A stretch of 64,000 nucleotides of DNA from Macrostomum lignano (GCA_002269645.1 NIVC01000527.1:1-64000); one strand, 5' to 3'. Counted from the stretch's first letter, positions 12,084-25,787 are shown. The notes: a model not told the origin generated them from the letters alone. A program made the numbers and translations.

Positions 12084-12925
12084 CCCTGCCTAGCGAAGTC
12101 CTCCTTATAGAACAGGCGCCAGAGCTCTCGCGTACGCAGATCGGATTTAAACAGCTTGGAGCCTTCGCCTCGGTCATTGACGCTGTCATCGTGATTGAGC
12201 GCGCGACCCAGTACGGCGGTTGTGTCCTTCTCGTACAGCACCGGGTGCAGCATGTGCGAGTGCCACACCAGGTCCATGTCGTAGCACGGCACCAGAAACT
12301 CGCCCGGATTGTTCTTCTTCAGAAACAGATACTTCTTGTACCGAAGCAGAGCGGATTTAAGAAAATCGCCGTCGCGGTAGTGCGGCAGCGACACCTGATA
12401 GTAGAACGCCTTCTGTCGGCTAATCGAACCGCGTATGTCGAAACGGCTCACCGATTGATATTCGATGGGCTGCCGGCTGGCCCATTCCAGATCGAGCTCG
12501 AAACTCACTCCCGGATAGGTGCGCTCCCACAGCTCCCGAGTCTGAGCCAGCAGCCGGGCCGTCACCTTGTCCGGGTGCAGAGTGTTGTCGATGAACCGGC
12601 CAGTCAGGCGGACGACGTCCTCCTTGTAGGCCAGCGGGGACAGCATGTGGCAGTGCATGGCCCACCTGACGTCCAGCGGCGGCATCAGATCCTTGCCCTG
12701 GCCCTCCTTCTGCACCAACGGCAGCCAGTATTTTTCGTATCGGCACACGGCGTGGTCGGCCACAGTCGGATCGAATAGCAGCGGCCTGGCGTTCACCGTC
12801 TCCAGGAAGTCCAGCTGTCGGATGGCCGCATCGACCAGATTGACGCTGATTTGGATGCTGCGCTCCTTGAACTGCGGCGGCGGCTGCTGCGGCGGCCTCT
12901 GCTGGCTGCTGCCTGCCTGAGCCAT
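12084..12925 (-). CDS. GRDP: GRDP-like gene, exon 1 (DUF1399 domain)
   Basis: ATG at 12925. Two homologous repeats typical of DUF1399: RYEKYWLPL..PPLDVRWAMHCHMLSP.AY and RYKKYLFL..FLVPCYDMDLVWHSHMLHPVLYEKD...ALNHDDSVNDR. Donor GG|gtgagc at 12084 (phase 2). The joined CDS is 2508 nt (835 aa). Confidence 0.92.
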
Positions 12926-13092
12926 TATTTTCTTCTATTGTCAATTGCTGCTGTTGTTGTTACTCGCCCTGGGAGCTGCGATCTCACAGAGAAACTGGCA
13001 GTTGCTGCGGACTGGTGGGGTGTGGAACTCTATATACTCGTAGAATGCAGCGGGTCAGAGGGGTAAGGCATACAGCCTGCGTGTGTTTAGTC

Positions 13093-13126
13093 TGAGCTCA
13101 GTGCGTCATTTGGCTTTCTATTTATA
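13093..13126 (-). promoter_or_regulatory. Candidate TATA box + initiator for the GRDP-like gene
   Basis: Minus-strand TATAAATA at 13126-13119 and TCAGAC (Inr-like) ~33 nt downstream, ~170 nt upstream of the ATG. Confidence 0.4.
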
Positions 13127-13475
13127 GAAGGCTCACTGTGCGCAGTGCAGCCACCGTCACTGTCGGTCTGTCTTCGCCAACCAATTCTCGTGACCGTAAA
13201 ACAAAGTATAACCTAGCTAACGCAATGTAAACAGCTGCGAGTGGGTCAAACCAAGGTAACTCGCATTAAGTTCGAGGCAAAAGTGCACATTTTCTGGGTC
13301 CGATCATTTTCAACTCTTTTGAACTTTAGAGTGAAATGAGAGAAGAAACATATTTTTGGTTGAGTCATTGAAGTCGCCAACGAAATCCTGCATTTATGAT
13401 TAAAAATGTATACAGCCGTACGCAATGCAAATAGACAAATTTTCATATATAGACAAGGTTTGTGGGTAATCTGAA

Positions 13476-15733
13476 ATGAGAAATCAAGCATGCCCAAGAG
13501 AAATCAAGCATGCCCATGAGAAATCAAGCATGCCCATGAGAAATCAAGCCAAGGACACCATGGGAAATCAAGGACACCATGAGAAATCAAGGACACCATG
13601 AGAAATCAAGGACACCATAAGAAATCAAGCATTCCCATGAAAAATCAAGCGTGCCAATGAGAAATCAAGCCAAGGACACCATGAGATATCAAGGACGCCA
13701 TGAGAAATCAAGGACGCCATGAGAAATCAAGGATGCCATGAAATATCAAGGACGCCATGAGAAATCAAGGACGCCATGAAATATCAAGGACGCCATGAGA
13801 AATCAAGGACGCCATGAGATATCAAGGACACCATAAGAAATCAAGCATTCCCATGAAAAATCAAGCGTGCCAATGAGAAATCAAGCCAAGGACACCATGA
13901 GATATCAAGGACGCCATGAGAAATCAAGGACGCCATGAGAAATCAAGGACGCCATGAGATATCAAGGACGCCATGAGATATCAAGGACGCCATGAGATAT
14001 CAAGGACGCCATGAGAAATCAAGGACGCCATGAGATATCAAGGACGCCATGAAATATCAAGGACGCCATGAAATATCAAGGACGCCATGAGAAATCAAGG
14101 ACGCCATGAAATATCAAGGACGCCATGAGAAATCAAGGACGCCATGAAATATCAAGGACGCCATGAGAAATCAAGGACGCCATGAGATATCAAGGACACC
14201 ATAAGAAATCAAGAATTCCCATGAAAAATCAAGCGTGCCAATGAGAAATCAAGCCAAGGACACCATGAGATATCAAGGACGCCATGAGAAATCAAGGACG
14301 CTATGAAATATCAAGGACGCCATGAGAAATCAAGGATGCCATGAAATATCAAGGACGCCATGAGAAATCAAGGACGCCATGAAATATCAAGGACGCCATG
14401 AGAAATCAAGGACGCCATGAGATATCAAGGACACCATAAGAAATCAAGCATTCCCATGAAAAATCAAGCGTGCCAATGAGAAATCAAGCCAAGGACACCA
14501 TGAGATATCAAGGACGCCATGAGAAATCAAGGACGCCATGAAATATCAAGGACGCCATGAGAAATCAAGGATGCCATGAAATATCAAGGACGCCATGAGA
14601 AATCAAGGACGCCATGAGAAATCAAGGACGCTATGAAATATCAAGGACGCCATGAGAAATCAAGGATGCCATGAAATATCAAGGACGCCATGAGAAATCA
14701 AGGACGCCATGAGATATCAAGGACACCATAAGAAATCAAGCATTCCCATGAAAAATCAAGCGTGCCAATGAGAAATCAAGCCAAGGACACCATGAGATAT
14801 CAAGGACGCCATGAGAAATCAAGGACGCCATGAGAAATCAAGGATGCCATGAAATATCAAGGACGCCATGAGAAATCAAGGACGCCATGAAATATCAAGG
14901 ACGCCATGAGAAATCAAGGACGCCATGAGATATCAAGGACACCATAAGAAATCAAGCATTCCCATGAAAAATCAAGCGTGCCAATGAGAAATCAAGCCAA
15001 GGACACCATGAGATATCAAGGACGCCATGAGAAATCAAGGACGCCATGAAATATCAAGGACGCCATGAGAAATCAAGGATGCCATGAAATATCAAGGACG
15101 CCATGAGAAATCAAGGACGCCATGAGATATCAAGGACACCATAAGAAATCAAGGATGCCATGAAATATCAAGGACACCATAAGAAATCAAGGATGCCATG
15201 AAATATCAAGGACGCCATGAGAAATCAAGGACGCCATGAAATATCAAGGACGCCATGAGAAATCAAGGATGCCATGAAATATCAAGGACGCCATGAGACA
15301 TCAAGGACGCCATGAGATATCAAGGACACCATAAGAAATCAAGCATTCCCATGAAAAATCAAGCGTGCCAATGAGAAATCAAGCCAAGGACACCATGAGA
15401 TATCAAGGACGCCATGAGAAATCAAGGACGCCATGAAATATCAAGGACGCCATGAGAAATCAAGGATGCCATGAAATATCAAGGACGCCATGAGAAATCA
15501 AGGACGCCATGAAATATCAAGGACGCCATGAGAAATCAAGGACGCCATGAGATATCAAGGACACCATAAGAAATCAAGCATTCCCATGAAAAATCAAGCG
15601 TGCCAATGAGAAATCAAGCCAAGGACACCATGAGATATCAAGGACGCCATGAGATATCAAGGACGCCATGAGAAATCAAGGACGCCATGAGATATCAAGG
15701 ACGCCATGAGATATCAAGGACGCCATGAGAAAT
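13476..15733. repeat. 19-bp minisatellite (~2.25 kb) with a higher-order cassette
   Basis: Unit gagaaatcaaggacgccat. The variant cassette aagcattcccatgaaaaatcaagcgtgccaatgagaaatcaagccaagg recurs 8 times. Confidence 0.95.
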
Positions 15734-16364
15734 ATAGTGCAGCAAAACGGTGCAACACACACACAGGAACAACTTGGTTTTGGTAACTTTCTCACGCGTT
15801 ACTGAAATTTTTCAATAAATCAAAACTTACGCCAAATTAGTCAATAAGCACCGGTATAAACAGTGTCAGTTGAACTGTATAAATTTCTACGTGGCGATAT
15901 AGTACTAATCCCAAAAGGAAGATCGGCTTGGCAGTGGAAGCCTTATTTGGTTGACAAACAGCTTTGCCAAACTGCAGTTCAGGAAGTGTTGGAATAAAAT
16001 AGAGCGAGGGGGAGAGGGGGGAGAGAGGAGAGCCGCTGTGCGCACAGAGTACATCCCAACGCAGCCGCACTCTTCCCACAGTAACCCTCCCTCCCAACCT
16101 TCACTCCTTCCCTCCACAAGCTCTGCAATTCTCATCCACCCCCCCCCCAAAGAATTCCAACTGCAGGTTGCCCAGCCTTAGTGCATCGCTTCGTCCTTTG
16201 AGAGTCCCGATTAGTGCTTTGAATGGGGATAGGCAGTGTCTGTCTGTCTGCGCATGAGCAGGGACAGGGCCACGGAGTACTAGAAAATCACATCTAGAGA
16301 GGTTCCGATTTCAAATCACGAAATATTGATTTTGAACTGCATTGGATGAAGGATTCAAGAATTC

Positions 16365-18407
16365 AAGGATGAATCTACCATTGTTGAAGGATGAATCTAC
16401 CATTGTTGAAGGATGAATCTACCATTGTTGAAGGATGAATCTATCATTGTTAAAGGATGAATCTACCATTGTTAAAGGATGAATCTACCATTGTTGAAGG
16501 ATGAATCTACCATTGTTAAAGGATGAATCTACCACTGTTAAAGGATGAATCTACCATTGTTAAAGGATGAATCTATCATTGTTAAAGGATGAATCTACCA
16601 TTGTTAAAGGATGAATCTACCATTGTTGAAGGATGAATCTACCATTGTTAAAGGATGAATCTACCACTGTTAAAGGATGAATCTACCGTTGTTGAAGGAT
16701 GAATCTACCATTGTTGAAGGATGAATCTACCATTGTTAAAGGATGAATCTACCATTGTTAAAGGATGAATCTACCATTGTTAAAGGATGAATCTACCATT
16801 GTTGAAGGATGAATCTACCATTGTTAAAGGATGAATCTATCATTGTTAAAGGATGAATCTACCATTGTTAAAGGATGAATCTACCATTGTTGAAGGATGA
16901 ATCTACCATTGTTAAAGGATGAATCTACCACTGTTAAAGGATGAATCTACCGTTGTTGAAGGATGAATCTACCATTGTTGAAGGATGAATCTACGAGGGG
17001 TGTCCCAAAAGTCAGTGCACTTTCTTCGCTACAGCCTTTTCTGACCGATCAGAAATATTTATTTTGTAGCAGTTAACAAGAGAATTATCTGCCCGTTAAA
17101 ATGACTTTCTGTTTATTTCTGTATCTGCTGGCATTATATAGATATGAGCACTTTTCTGCCCCAACCCCTGTGCTACTTCTACTAATTGCCATAGACCAAA
17201 GCTTTGTACCTGATGCACGAAACAACGAAATATTCAACGAATCAATAAAACATCCGCAGCATGAAAGCTGAGGAAAGAACAGTTAAAAGTTAATCATCAA
17301 AATTGTCCTGAGGCTTCTCCACATAGTCACCACTGCGCTGTACACTTCTGCCATCGGCTGTGCATGTCGTCAAGGGCATCAGCAAAATCTGAGCGCGGCA
17401 TCTCATGAAGGAGAACTTGGCGAGTCAATGCTTCCAGGCTCCCACAACAAGCAAAGATTCGTCCATGCAGCAGCTTCTTCATCTTTGGAAAGATGGAAAA
17501 GTCAGCTGGTGACAAATCCAGAGAGAAGGCGTACGGGCGTGGGTGTGAGAGCAGCTCAAAAGTTGCCTGCTCGATCGTCTCCTCTGTATTCTTGGCCGTG
17601 TGGGGACGTGCGTTGTCATGGTGCAGAAGGTGCGGAGCCGCGGTACCCAGCGGGCCGATATCTTTGACAGTTCCAACTCCGCAGTCATCATGCGGTGTGG
17701 AACAGTGAACTTTGGACTGCCGAGCATGTCCGCAATCTCACGAACTGTCAGTCTGGCATCGGTGTCAAGCAATTCCTGAATTTGTCGATGCCATTGCTGA
17801 TGCCCTTGACGACATGCACAGCTGATGGCAGAAGTGTGCAGCGCAGTGGTGACTATGTGGAGAAGCCTCAGGACAATGTTGATGATTAACTTTTAACTGT
17901 TCTTTCCTCAGCTTTCATGCTGCGGATGTTTTATTGATTCGTTGAATATTTCGTTGTTTCGTGCATCAGGTACAAAGCTTTGGTCTATGGCAATTTGTAA
18001 AAGTAGCATAGGGGTTGGGGCAGAAAAGTGCTCATATCTCAAGAATGCCAGCAGATACAGAAATAAATAGAAAGTCATTTTAACGGGCAGATAATTCTCT
18101 TGTTAACTGCTACAAAATAAATATTTCTGATCGGTCAGAAAAGGCTGTAGCGAAGAAAGTGCACCGACTTTTGGGACACCCCTCGTACCATTGTTAAAGG
18201 ATGAATCTACCATTGTTAAAGGATGAATCTACCATTGTTAAAGGATGAATCTACCATTGTTGAAGGATGAATCCACCATTGTTAAAGGATGAATCTACCA
18301 TTGTTAAAGGATGAATCTACCATTGTTAAAGGATGAATCTACCATTGTTAAAGGATGAATCTACCACTGTTGAAGGATGAATCTACCGTTGTTTTAGGAT
18401 GAATCTC
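16365..18407. repeat. 22-bp minisatellite interrupted by a mariner element
   Basis: Unit aaggatgaatctaccattgtt(a/g). The array is split at the TA of atcTAcc by the element at 16994-18185. Confidence 0.95.
16994..18185 (-). mobile_element. Non-autonomous mariner derivative with 392-bp inverted repeats (3' end duplicated), TA TSD
   Basis: TA|cgaggggtgtccc...gggacacccctcg|TA. 16994-17385 is the reverse complement of 17794-18185. Internal minus-strand remnants: DARLTVREIADML, ARWVPRL, SPADFSIFPKMKKLLHGRIF and DALDDMHSRWQKC/VQRSGDYVEK. Confidence 0.93.
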
Positions 18408-19489
18408 TGTCATAATGGTCACGTCAACGCGTTTACCGCTAGGCTGCAGCCGCCCCATCCCACAAACCAGTCAGAAGCGCACATTGGAAAGCCTATTTAG
18501 TATATTAGATTCAATTTAGAATCGCCCAAGCATCACTCTGTGTTGGGGAATAGGCTTGACCAGTCAGTCTCCACTCCAGATAGCTCAGTCTAGCACTCCA
18601 TGGGCTGGAGTGCGGGCCCAACTTCAGGGCACTGCGGTGAAGGGGGGCAGCTGGAGAGGGCTGTGGATCCCCGCGGTCAACTAAAGGGCATTGCGAAAGA
18701 TGGGGAGTGAAATTCAGGGAACGGGGAGGCTGCTGGGAGAAAGGCTTAGTAATCAAACGTAGCCAAGTTGCCCGTGGCAACCGGGAGAGCTCAGAGGCAG
18801 GGAGCTCAGAGGCAGAGAGCTCAGAGGCGGGGGCGGAAGAGAACAGAAACACCAAATCGAATCTCCTCTTTCTTTCTCGGTCCTCGCGGGCCTCCCAATG
18901 AGATGCAGCTGATTTGGGAAGATTGGGTGGAATGAGTGCAAACTGAAGGATGAAGGAGGCTGATGAGAAATGGTTGCTGGGGCGCAGTGGGAGCTGCATG
19001 AGTCTGGACTCAAAAATGTGCATAGAGTTCAGCTCGGATTCTAGCTGGCTTGTTGGCAGTGAAGAAAGTTGGCAGGCACTGGCGTGTGTGACATTGTGTG
19101 ACAGTCTAGTGGTACGCAATCTCTGTTTGACACGCGAATGGATGACAGTTCTAATGACATTGTGAACTTGATTTTATTCCCGCAGAATATATCAGATTTG
19201 GATCTACGATATTAGCCAGTCGTAGGAGTGCGTGAGGCGCACAGAGGGTAGTGACCTTGCGAAGGCCAAGATTCTCATGCATGGATCATAGATCTGAGTC
19301 CACCAGGTCCCGCACAGCCACAATGTCACTGTACATTACGTTAATCCCAATAGTCTTGTGAATGACCACTTTAATGTACTCGTAAAGTGCTAAAATTCAT
19401 GGATTAAATGTTAAATCAAAATTTTCATTCTTTAATGCTCGCTGCATTTCAACGTTGAATAAAATTTAAAATCCTCAGAATCCCCAAAA

Positions 19490-22400
19490 CTAACATTCCT
19501 CAAAACCTCAAATTCCCAAATCTCACATTCCCAAATCTCACATTCCCAAATATCACATTCCCAAATCTCACATTGCCAAATCTCACATTGCCAAATCTCA
19601 CATTCCCAAATCTCACATTCCCAAACCTCACATTCCCAAATCTTGAATTCCCAAATCTCATATTCCCAAATCTCACATTCCCAAATCTCACATTCCCAAA
19701 TCTCACATTCCCAAATCTCATATTCCCAAATCTCACTCCCCAAATCTCACATTCCCAAATCTCACATTCCCAAATCTCACATTCCCAAATCTTGAATTCC
19801 CAAATCTCACATTCCCAAATCTTGAATTCCCAAATCTCACATTCCCAAATCTCACATTCCCAAATCTCACATTCTCCAAATCTTGAATTCCCAAACCTCA
19901 CATTCCCAAATCTCACATTCCCAAATCTCACATTCCCAAATCTTGAATTCCCAAATCTCACATTCCCAAATCTCACATTCCCAAATCTCACATTCCCAAA
20001 TCTCACATTCCCAAATCTCACATTCCCAAATCTCACATTCTCCAAATCTTGAATTCCCAAACCTCACATTCCCAAATCTCACATTCCCAAATCTCACATT
20101 CCCAAATCTCACATTCCCAAATCTCACATTCCCAAACCTCACATTCTCCAAATCTCACATTCCCAAATCTTGAATTCCCAAATCTCACATTCCCAAATCT
20201 CACATTCCCAAATCTCACATTCCCAAATCTCACATTCCCAAATCTCACATTGCCAAATCTCACATTCCCAAATCTCACATTCCCAAGTCTCACATTCCCA
20301 AGTCTCACATTCCCAAATCTCACATTCCCAAATCTCACATTCCCAAATCTCACATTCCCAAATCTCACATTCCCAAGCCTCACATTCCCAAATCTTGAAT
20401 TCCCAAATCTCATATTCCCAAATCTCACATTCCCAAATCTTGAATTCCCAAACCTCACATTCCCAAATCTCACATTCCCAAATCTCACATTCCCAAATCT
20501 TGAATTCCCAAATCTCACATTCCCAAATCTCACATTCCCAAATCTCACATTCCCAAATCTCACATTCCCAAATCTCACATTCCCAAATCTCACATTCCCA
20601 AACCTCACATTCCCAAATCTCACATTCCCAAATCTCACATTCCCAAATCTCACATTCCCAAATCTCACATTCCCAAATCTCACATTCCCAAATCTCACAT
20701 TCCAAAATCTCACATTCTCCAAATCTCACATTCCCAAATCTCACATTCCCAAATCTCACATTCCCAAATCTCACATTCCCAAATCTCACATTCCCAAATC
20801 TCATATTCCAAAATCTCACATTCTCCAAATCTCACATTCCCAAATCTCACATTCTCCAAATCTCACATAATTCCAAAATCTTGAATTCCCAAATCTCACA
20901 TTCCCAAATCTCACATTCCCAAATCTCACATTCCCAAATCTCACATTCCCAAATCTCACATTCCCAAATCTCACATTCTCCAAATCTTGAATTCCCAAAC
21001 CTCACATTCCCAAATTTCACATTCCCAAATCTTGAATTCCCAAACCTCACATTCTCCAAATCTCACATTCCCAAATCTTGAATTCCCAAATCTCACATTC
21101 CCAAATCTCAAATTCCCAAATCTCACATTCCCAAATCTCACATTCCCAAATCTCACATTCCCAAATCTCACATTCCCAAATCTCACATTCCCAAATCTCA
21201 CATTCCCAAATCTCACATTCCCAAGCCTCACATTCCCAAGCCTCACATTCCCAAATCTCATATTCCCAAACCTCACATTCCCAAATCTCACATTCCCAAA
21301 TCTTGAATTCCCAAATCTCACATTCCCAAATCTTGAATTCCCAAATCTCACATTCCCAAATCTCACATTCCCAAATCTCACATTCTCCAAATCTTGAATT
21401 CCCAAACCTCACATTCCCAAATCTCACATTCCCAAATCTCACATTCCCAAATCTTGAACTCCCAAATCTCACATTCCCAAATCTCACATTCCCAAATCTC
21501 ACATTCCCAAATCTCACATTCCCAAATCTCACATTCCCAAATCTCACATTCCCAAATCTCACATTCTCCAAATCTTGAATTCCCAAACCTCACATTCCCA
21601 AATCTTGAATTCCCAAATCTCACATTCCCAAATCTCACATTCCCAAATCTCACATTCTCAAAATCTCACATTCCCAAACCTTGAATTCCCAAATCTCACA
21701 TTCCTAAATCTCACATTCCCAAATCTCACATTCCCAAATCTCACATTCCCAAATCTCACATTCCCAAATCTCACATTCCCAAATCTCACATTCCCAAGTC
21801 TCACATTCCCAAATCTCACATTCCCAAATCTCACATTCCCAAATCTCACATTCCCAAATCTCACATTCCCAAATCTCACATTCCCAAATCTCACATTCCC
21901 AAATCTCACATTCCCAAATCTTGAATTCCCAAATCTCATATTCCCAAATCTCACATTCCCAAATCTCATATTCCCAAATCTCACTCCCCAAGTCTCACAT
22001 TCTCAAATCTCACATTCCCAAATCTTGAATTCCCAAATCTCACATTCCCAAATCTCACATTCCCAAATCTCACATTCCCAAATCTCACATTCCCAAACCT
22101 CACATTCTCCAAATCTCACATTCCCAAATCTTGAATTCCCAAATCTCACATTCCCAAATCTCACATTCCCAAATCTCACATTCCCAAATCTCACATTCCC
22201 AAATCTCACATTCCCAAATCTCACATTCCCAAATCTCACATTCCCAAATCTCATATTCCCAAATCTCACTCCCCAAATCTCACATTCCCAAATCTTGAAT
22301 TCCCAAATCTCACATTCCCAAATCTCACATTCCCAAATCTCACATTCCCAAATCTCACATTCCCAAACCTCACATTCTCCAAATCTCACATTCCCAAATC

Positions 22401-24337
22401 TTGAATTCCCAAATCTCACATTCTCCAAATCTTGAATTCCCAAATCTCACATTCTCCAAATCTTGCATTCCCAAACCTCACATTCCCAAATCTCACATTC
22501 CCAAATCTCACATTCCCAAATCTTGAATTCCCAAACCTCACATTCCCAAATCTCATATTCCCAAATCTCACATTCCCAAATCTCTCATTCCCAAATCTCA
22601 CATTCCCAAATCTCACATTCCCAAATCTCACATTCCCAAATCTCACATTCCCAAATCTCACATTCCCAAATCTCACATTCCCAAATCTCACATTCCCAAA
22701 TCTAATTCCCAAATCTCACATTCCAAATCTCACATTCCCAAATCTTGAATTCCCAAACCTCACATTCCAAATCTCACATTCCCAAATCTTGAATTCCCAA
22801 ACCTCACATACTCCAAATCTTACATTCCCAAATCTTGAATTCCCAAATCTTGCATTCCCAAATCTCACATTCCCAAATCTTGAATTCCCAAATCTCACAT
22901 TCCCAAATCTCACATTCCCAAATCTCACATTCCCAAATCTCACATTCCCAAATCTCACATTCCCAAATCTCACATTCCCAAATCTCACATTCCCAAATCT
23001 CACATTCCCAAATCTCACATTCCCAAGCCTCACATTCCCAAATCTTGAATTCCCAAATCTCATATTCCCAAACCTCACATTCCCAAATCTCACATTCCCA
23101 AATCTCACATTCCCAAATCTTGAATTCCCAAATCTCACATTCCCAAATCTCACATTCCCAAATCTCACATTCCCAAATCTCACATTCCCAAATCTCACAT
23201 TCCCAAATCTTGAATTCCCAAATCTCACATTCCCAAATCTCACATTCTCCAAATCTTGAAATCCCAAACCTCACACTCCCCAATCTCACATTCCCAAATC
23301 TCACATTCCCAAATCTCACATTCTCCAAATCTTGAATTCCCAAACCTCACATTCCCAAATCTCACATTCCCAAATCTCACATTCCCAAATCTCACATTCC
23401 CAAACCTCACATTCTCCAAATCTCACATTCCCAAATCTTGAATTCCCAAATCTCACATTCCCAAATCTCACATTCCCAAATCTCACATTCCCAAATCTCA
23501 CATTGCCAAATCTCACATTGCCAAATCTCACATTGCCAAATCTCACATTCCCAAGTCTCACATTCCCAAATCTCACATTCCCAAATCTCACATTCCCAAA
23601 TCTCACATTCCCAAATCTTGAACTCCCAAATCTCACATTCCCAAATCTCACATTCTCCAAATCTTGAATTCCCAAACCTCACATTCCCAAATCTCACATT
23701 CCCAAATCTCACATTCCCAAATCTTGAATTCCCAAACCTCACATTCTCCAAATCTCACATTCCCAAATCTCACATTCCCAAATCTCACATTCCCAAATCT
23801 CACATTCCCAAATCTCACATTGCCAAATCTCACATTCCCAAATCTCACATTCCCAAGTCTCACATTCCCAAATCTCACATTCCCAAATCTCACATTCCCA
23901 AATCTCACATTCCCAAATCTCACATTCCCAAATCTCACATTCCCAAGCCTCACATTCTCCAAATCTCACATTCCCAAATCTCACATTCCCAAATCTCACA
24001 TTCCCAAATCTCACATTCCCAAATCTCATATTCCCAAATCTCACATTCCCAAATCTCAAATTCCCAAATCTCACATTCCCAAATCTCACATTCCCAAATC
24101 TCACATTCCCAAATCTCACATAATTCCAAAATCTTGAATTCCCAAATCTCACATTCCCAAATCTTGAATTCCCAAATCTTGAATTCCCAAATCTCACATT
24201 CCCAAATCTCACATTCCCAAATCTCACATTCCCAAATCTCACATTCCCAAATCTTGAATTCCCAAATCTCACATTCCCAAATCTCACATTCCCAAATCTT
24301 GAATTCCCAAATCTCACATTCCCAAATCTCACATTCC
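19490..24337 (+). repeat. 15-bp minisatellite, ~4.85 kb (left arm of an inverted pair)
   Basis: Unit cccaaatctcacatt with variants cccaaatcttgaatt and ctccaaat. It accounts for all the PNLTF/SQISH ORFs. Confidence 0.97.
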
Positions 24338-24617
24338 AGCAGCAAAAACTGGCCTTCAGAGAAGAAAAAATTGCAAGATGTGCGATCTTAGCATGCTTCT
24401 CGTACTTATAGTTCTCTTTTCTGCGCCCTTGGAATCTTATCGAATTCATAGCACACTACTTACCATTAGTACGAGCTAACTACAGTAGTGTATGACTTTT
24501 ATCGTTACAAGAACTTGAATGGTAGGAAACTTGATTTTCCATAAAAACTATATTATCATTACCGAGAGTGGGATTTAGGAATATGTAATTTTGGAATATT
24601 ATCATATTTAATGATGT

Positions 24618-25455
24618 CAGATTTGGGAATGTGAGATTTGGGAATGTGAGATTTGGGAATGTAAGGTTTGGGAATGTGAGATTTGGGAATGTGAGATTTG
24701 GGAATGTAAGGTTTGGGAATGTGAGATTTGGGAATGTGAGATTTGGGAATGTAAGGTTTGGGAATGTGAGGTTTGGGAATGTGAGGTTTGGGAATGTGAG
24801 ATTTGGGAATGTGAGGTTTGGGAATGTGAGATTTGGAGAATGTGAGATTTGGGAATTCAAGATTTGGGAATGTGAGATTTGGGAATGTGAGATTTGGTGG
24901 ATTTAGATTTTGGAATGTGAAATTAGGCAATGTAAGATTTGGGAATGTGAGATTAGGAAATGTGAGGTTTGGGAATTCAAGATTTGGAGAATGTGAGAAT
25001 TGGGGAGTGAGATTTGGGAATGTGAGATTTGGGAATGTGAGATTTGGGAATGTGAGATTTGGAGAATGTGAGATTAGGGAATTCAAGATTTGGAGAATGT
25101 GAGATTTGGGAATGTGAGATTTGGGAATGTGAGATTTGGAGAATGTGAGATTTGGGGAGTGAGATTTGGGAATGTGAGATTTGGGAATGTGAGATTTGGG
25201 AATGTGAGATTTGGGAATGTGAGGTTTGGGAATTCAAGATTTGGAGAATGTGAGATTTGGGGAGTGAGATTTGGGAATGTGAGATTTTGGAATGTGAAAT
25301 TAGGCAATGTGAGATATGGAAATGTGAGATTAGGAAATGTGAGATTTGGGAATGTGAGATTTGGGAATATGAGATTTGGGGAATGGGAGGTTTAAGGAAT
25401 GTGAGATTTAGGAATGTGAAGTTTGAATATTGTGAGTTTTGGGGAATTTTGGGAA
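24618..25455 (-). repeat. Same 15-bp minisatellite in inverted orientation (right arm)
   Basis: Unit gatttgggaatgtga is the reverse complement of the left-arm unit. A ~280-bp spacer lies at 24338-24617. Confidence 0.95.
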
Positions 25456-25787
25456 TGAGAAGAGGGAATGGGGTGTTACAGGCAATGCGACTCCTCTTTG
25501 ATGGGCAGAAATCTTTTCTTAGACTTTGAAGAAAAGTTACGCTGACTTTCTCCCTCTTCTTTAAACAAAATTTCTTTCAAGAGCCCTCAGTGCAAACAAG
25601 CTCATCCGTGGCCAGTCATCAGCACCACACAGGTCTGCTGCACCCCCTCACTCCCAGGAGGCAGTGCGCCACTTCGAGCTGCGGTCTTCGAGTGCTGAAA
25701 GCTGCACTCAACCCCTCAGTTCGTTCTCTGCTCGAATTAGTCAGGCCTAAATTAGTCTAAGGTACTTTTCAACTCGATATAGTCCCT

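Noticed and set aside
11918-12778. 286-aa plus-strand ORF (and similar antisense ORFs at 7642-8331, 9367-9672, 40073-40602, 62138-62389)
   Set aside because: Antisense shadows of GC-rich genuine exons, with no motifs of their own.
19432-25529. Dozens of long ORFs (PNLTF, SQISH, GNVRF, WECEI repeats)
   Set aside because: These are translations of a 15-bp satellite; frequent 1-bp indels switch frames, and there are no splice signals or unique domains.
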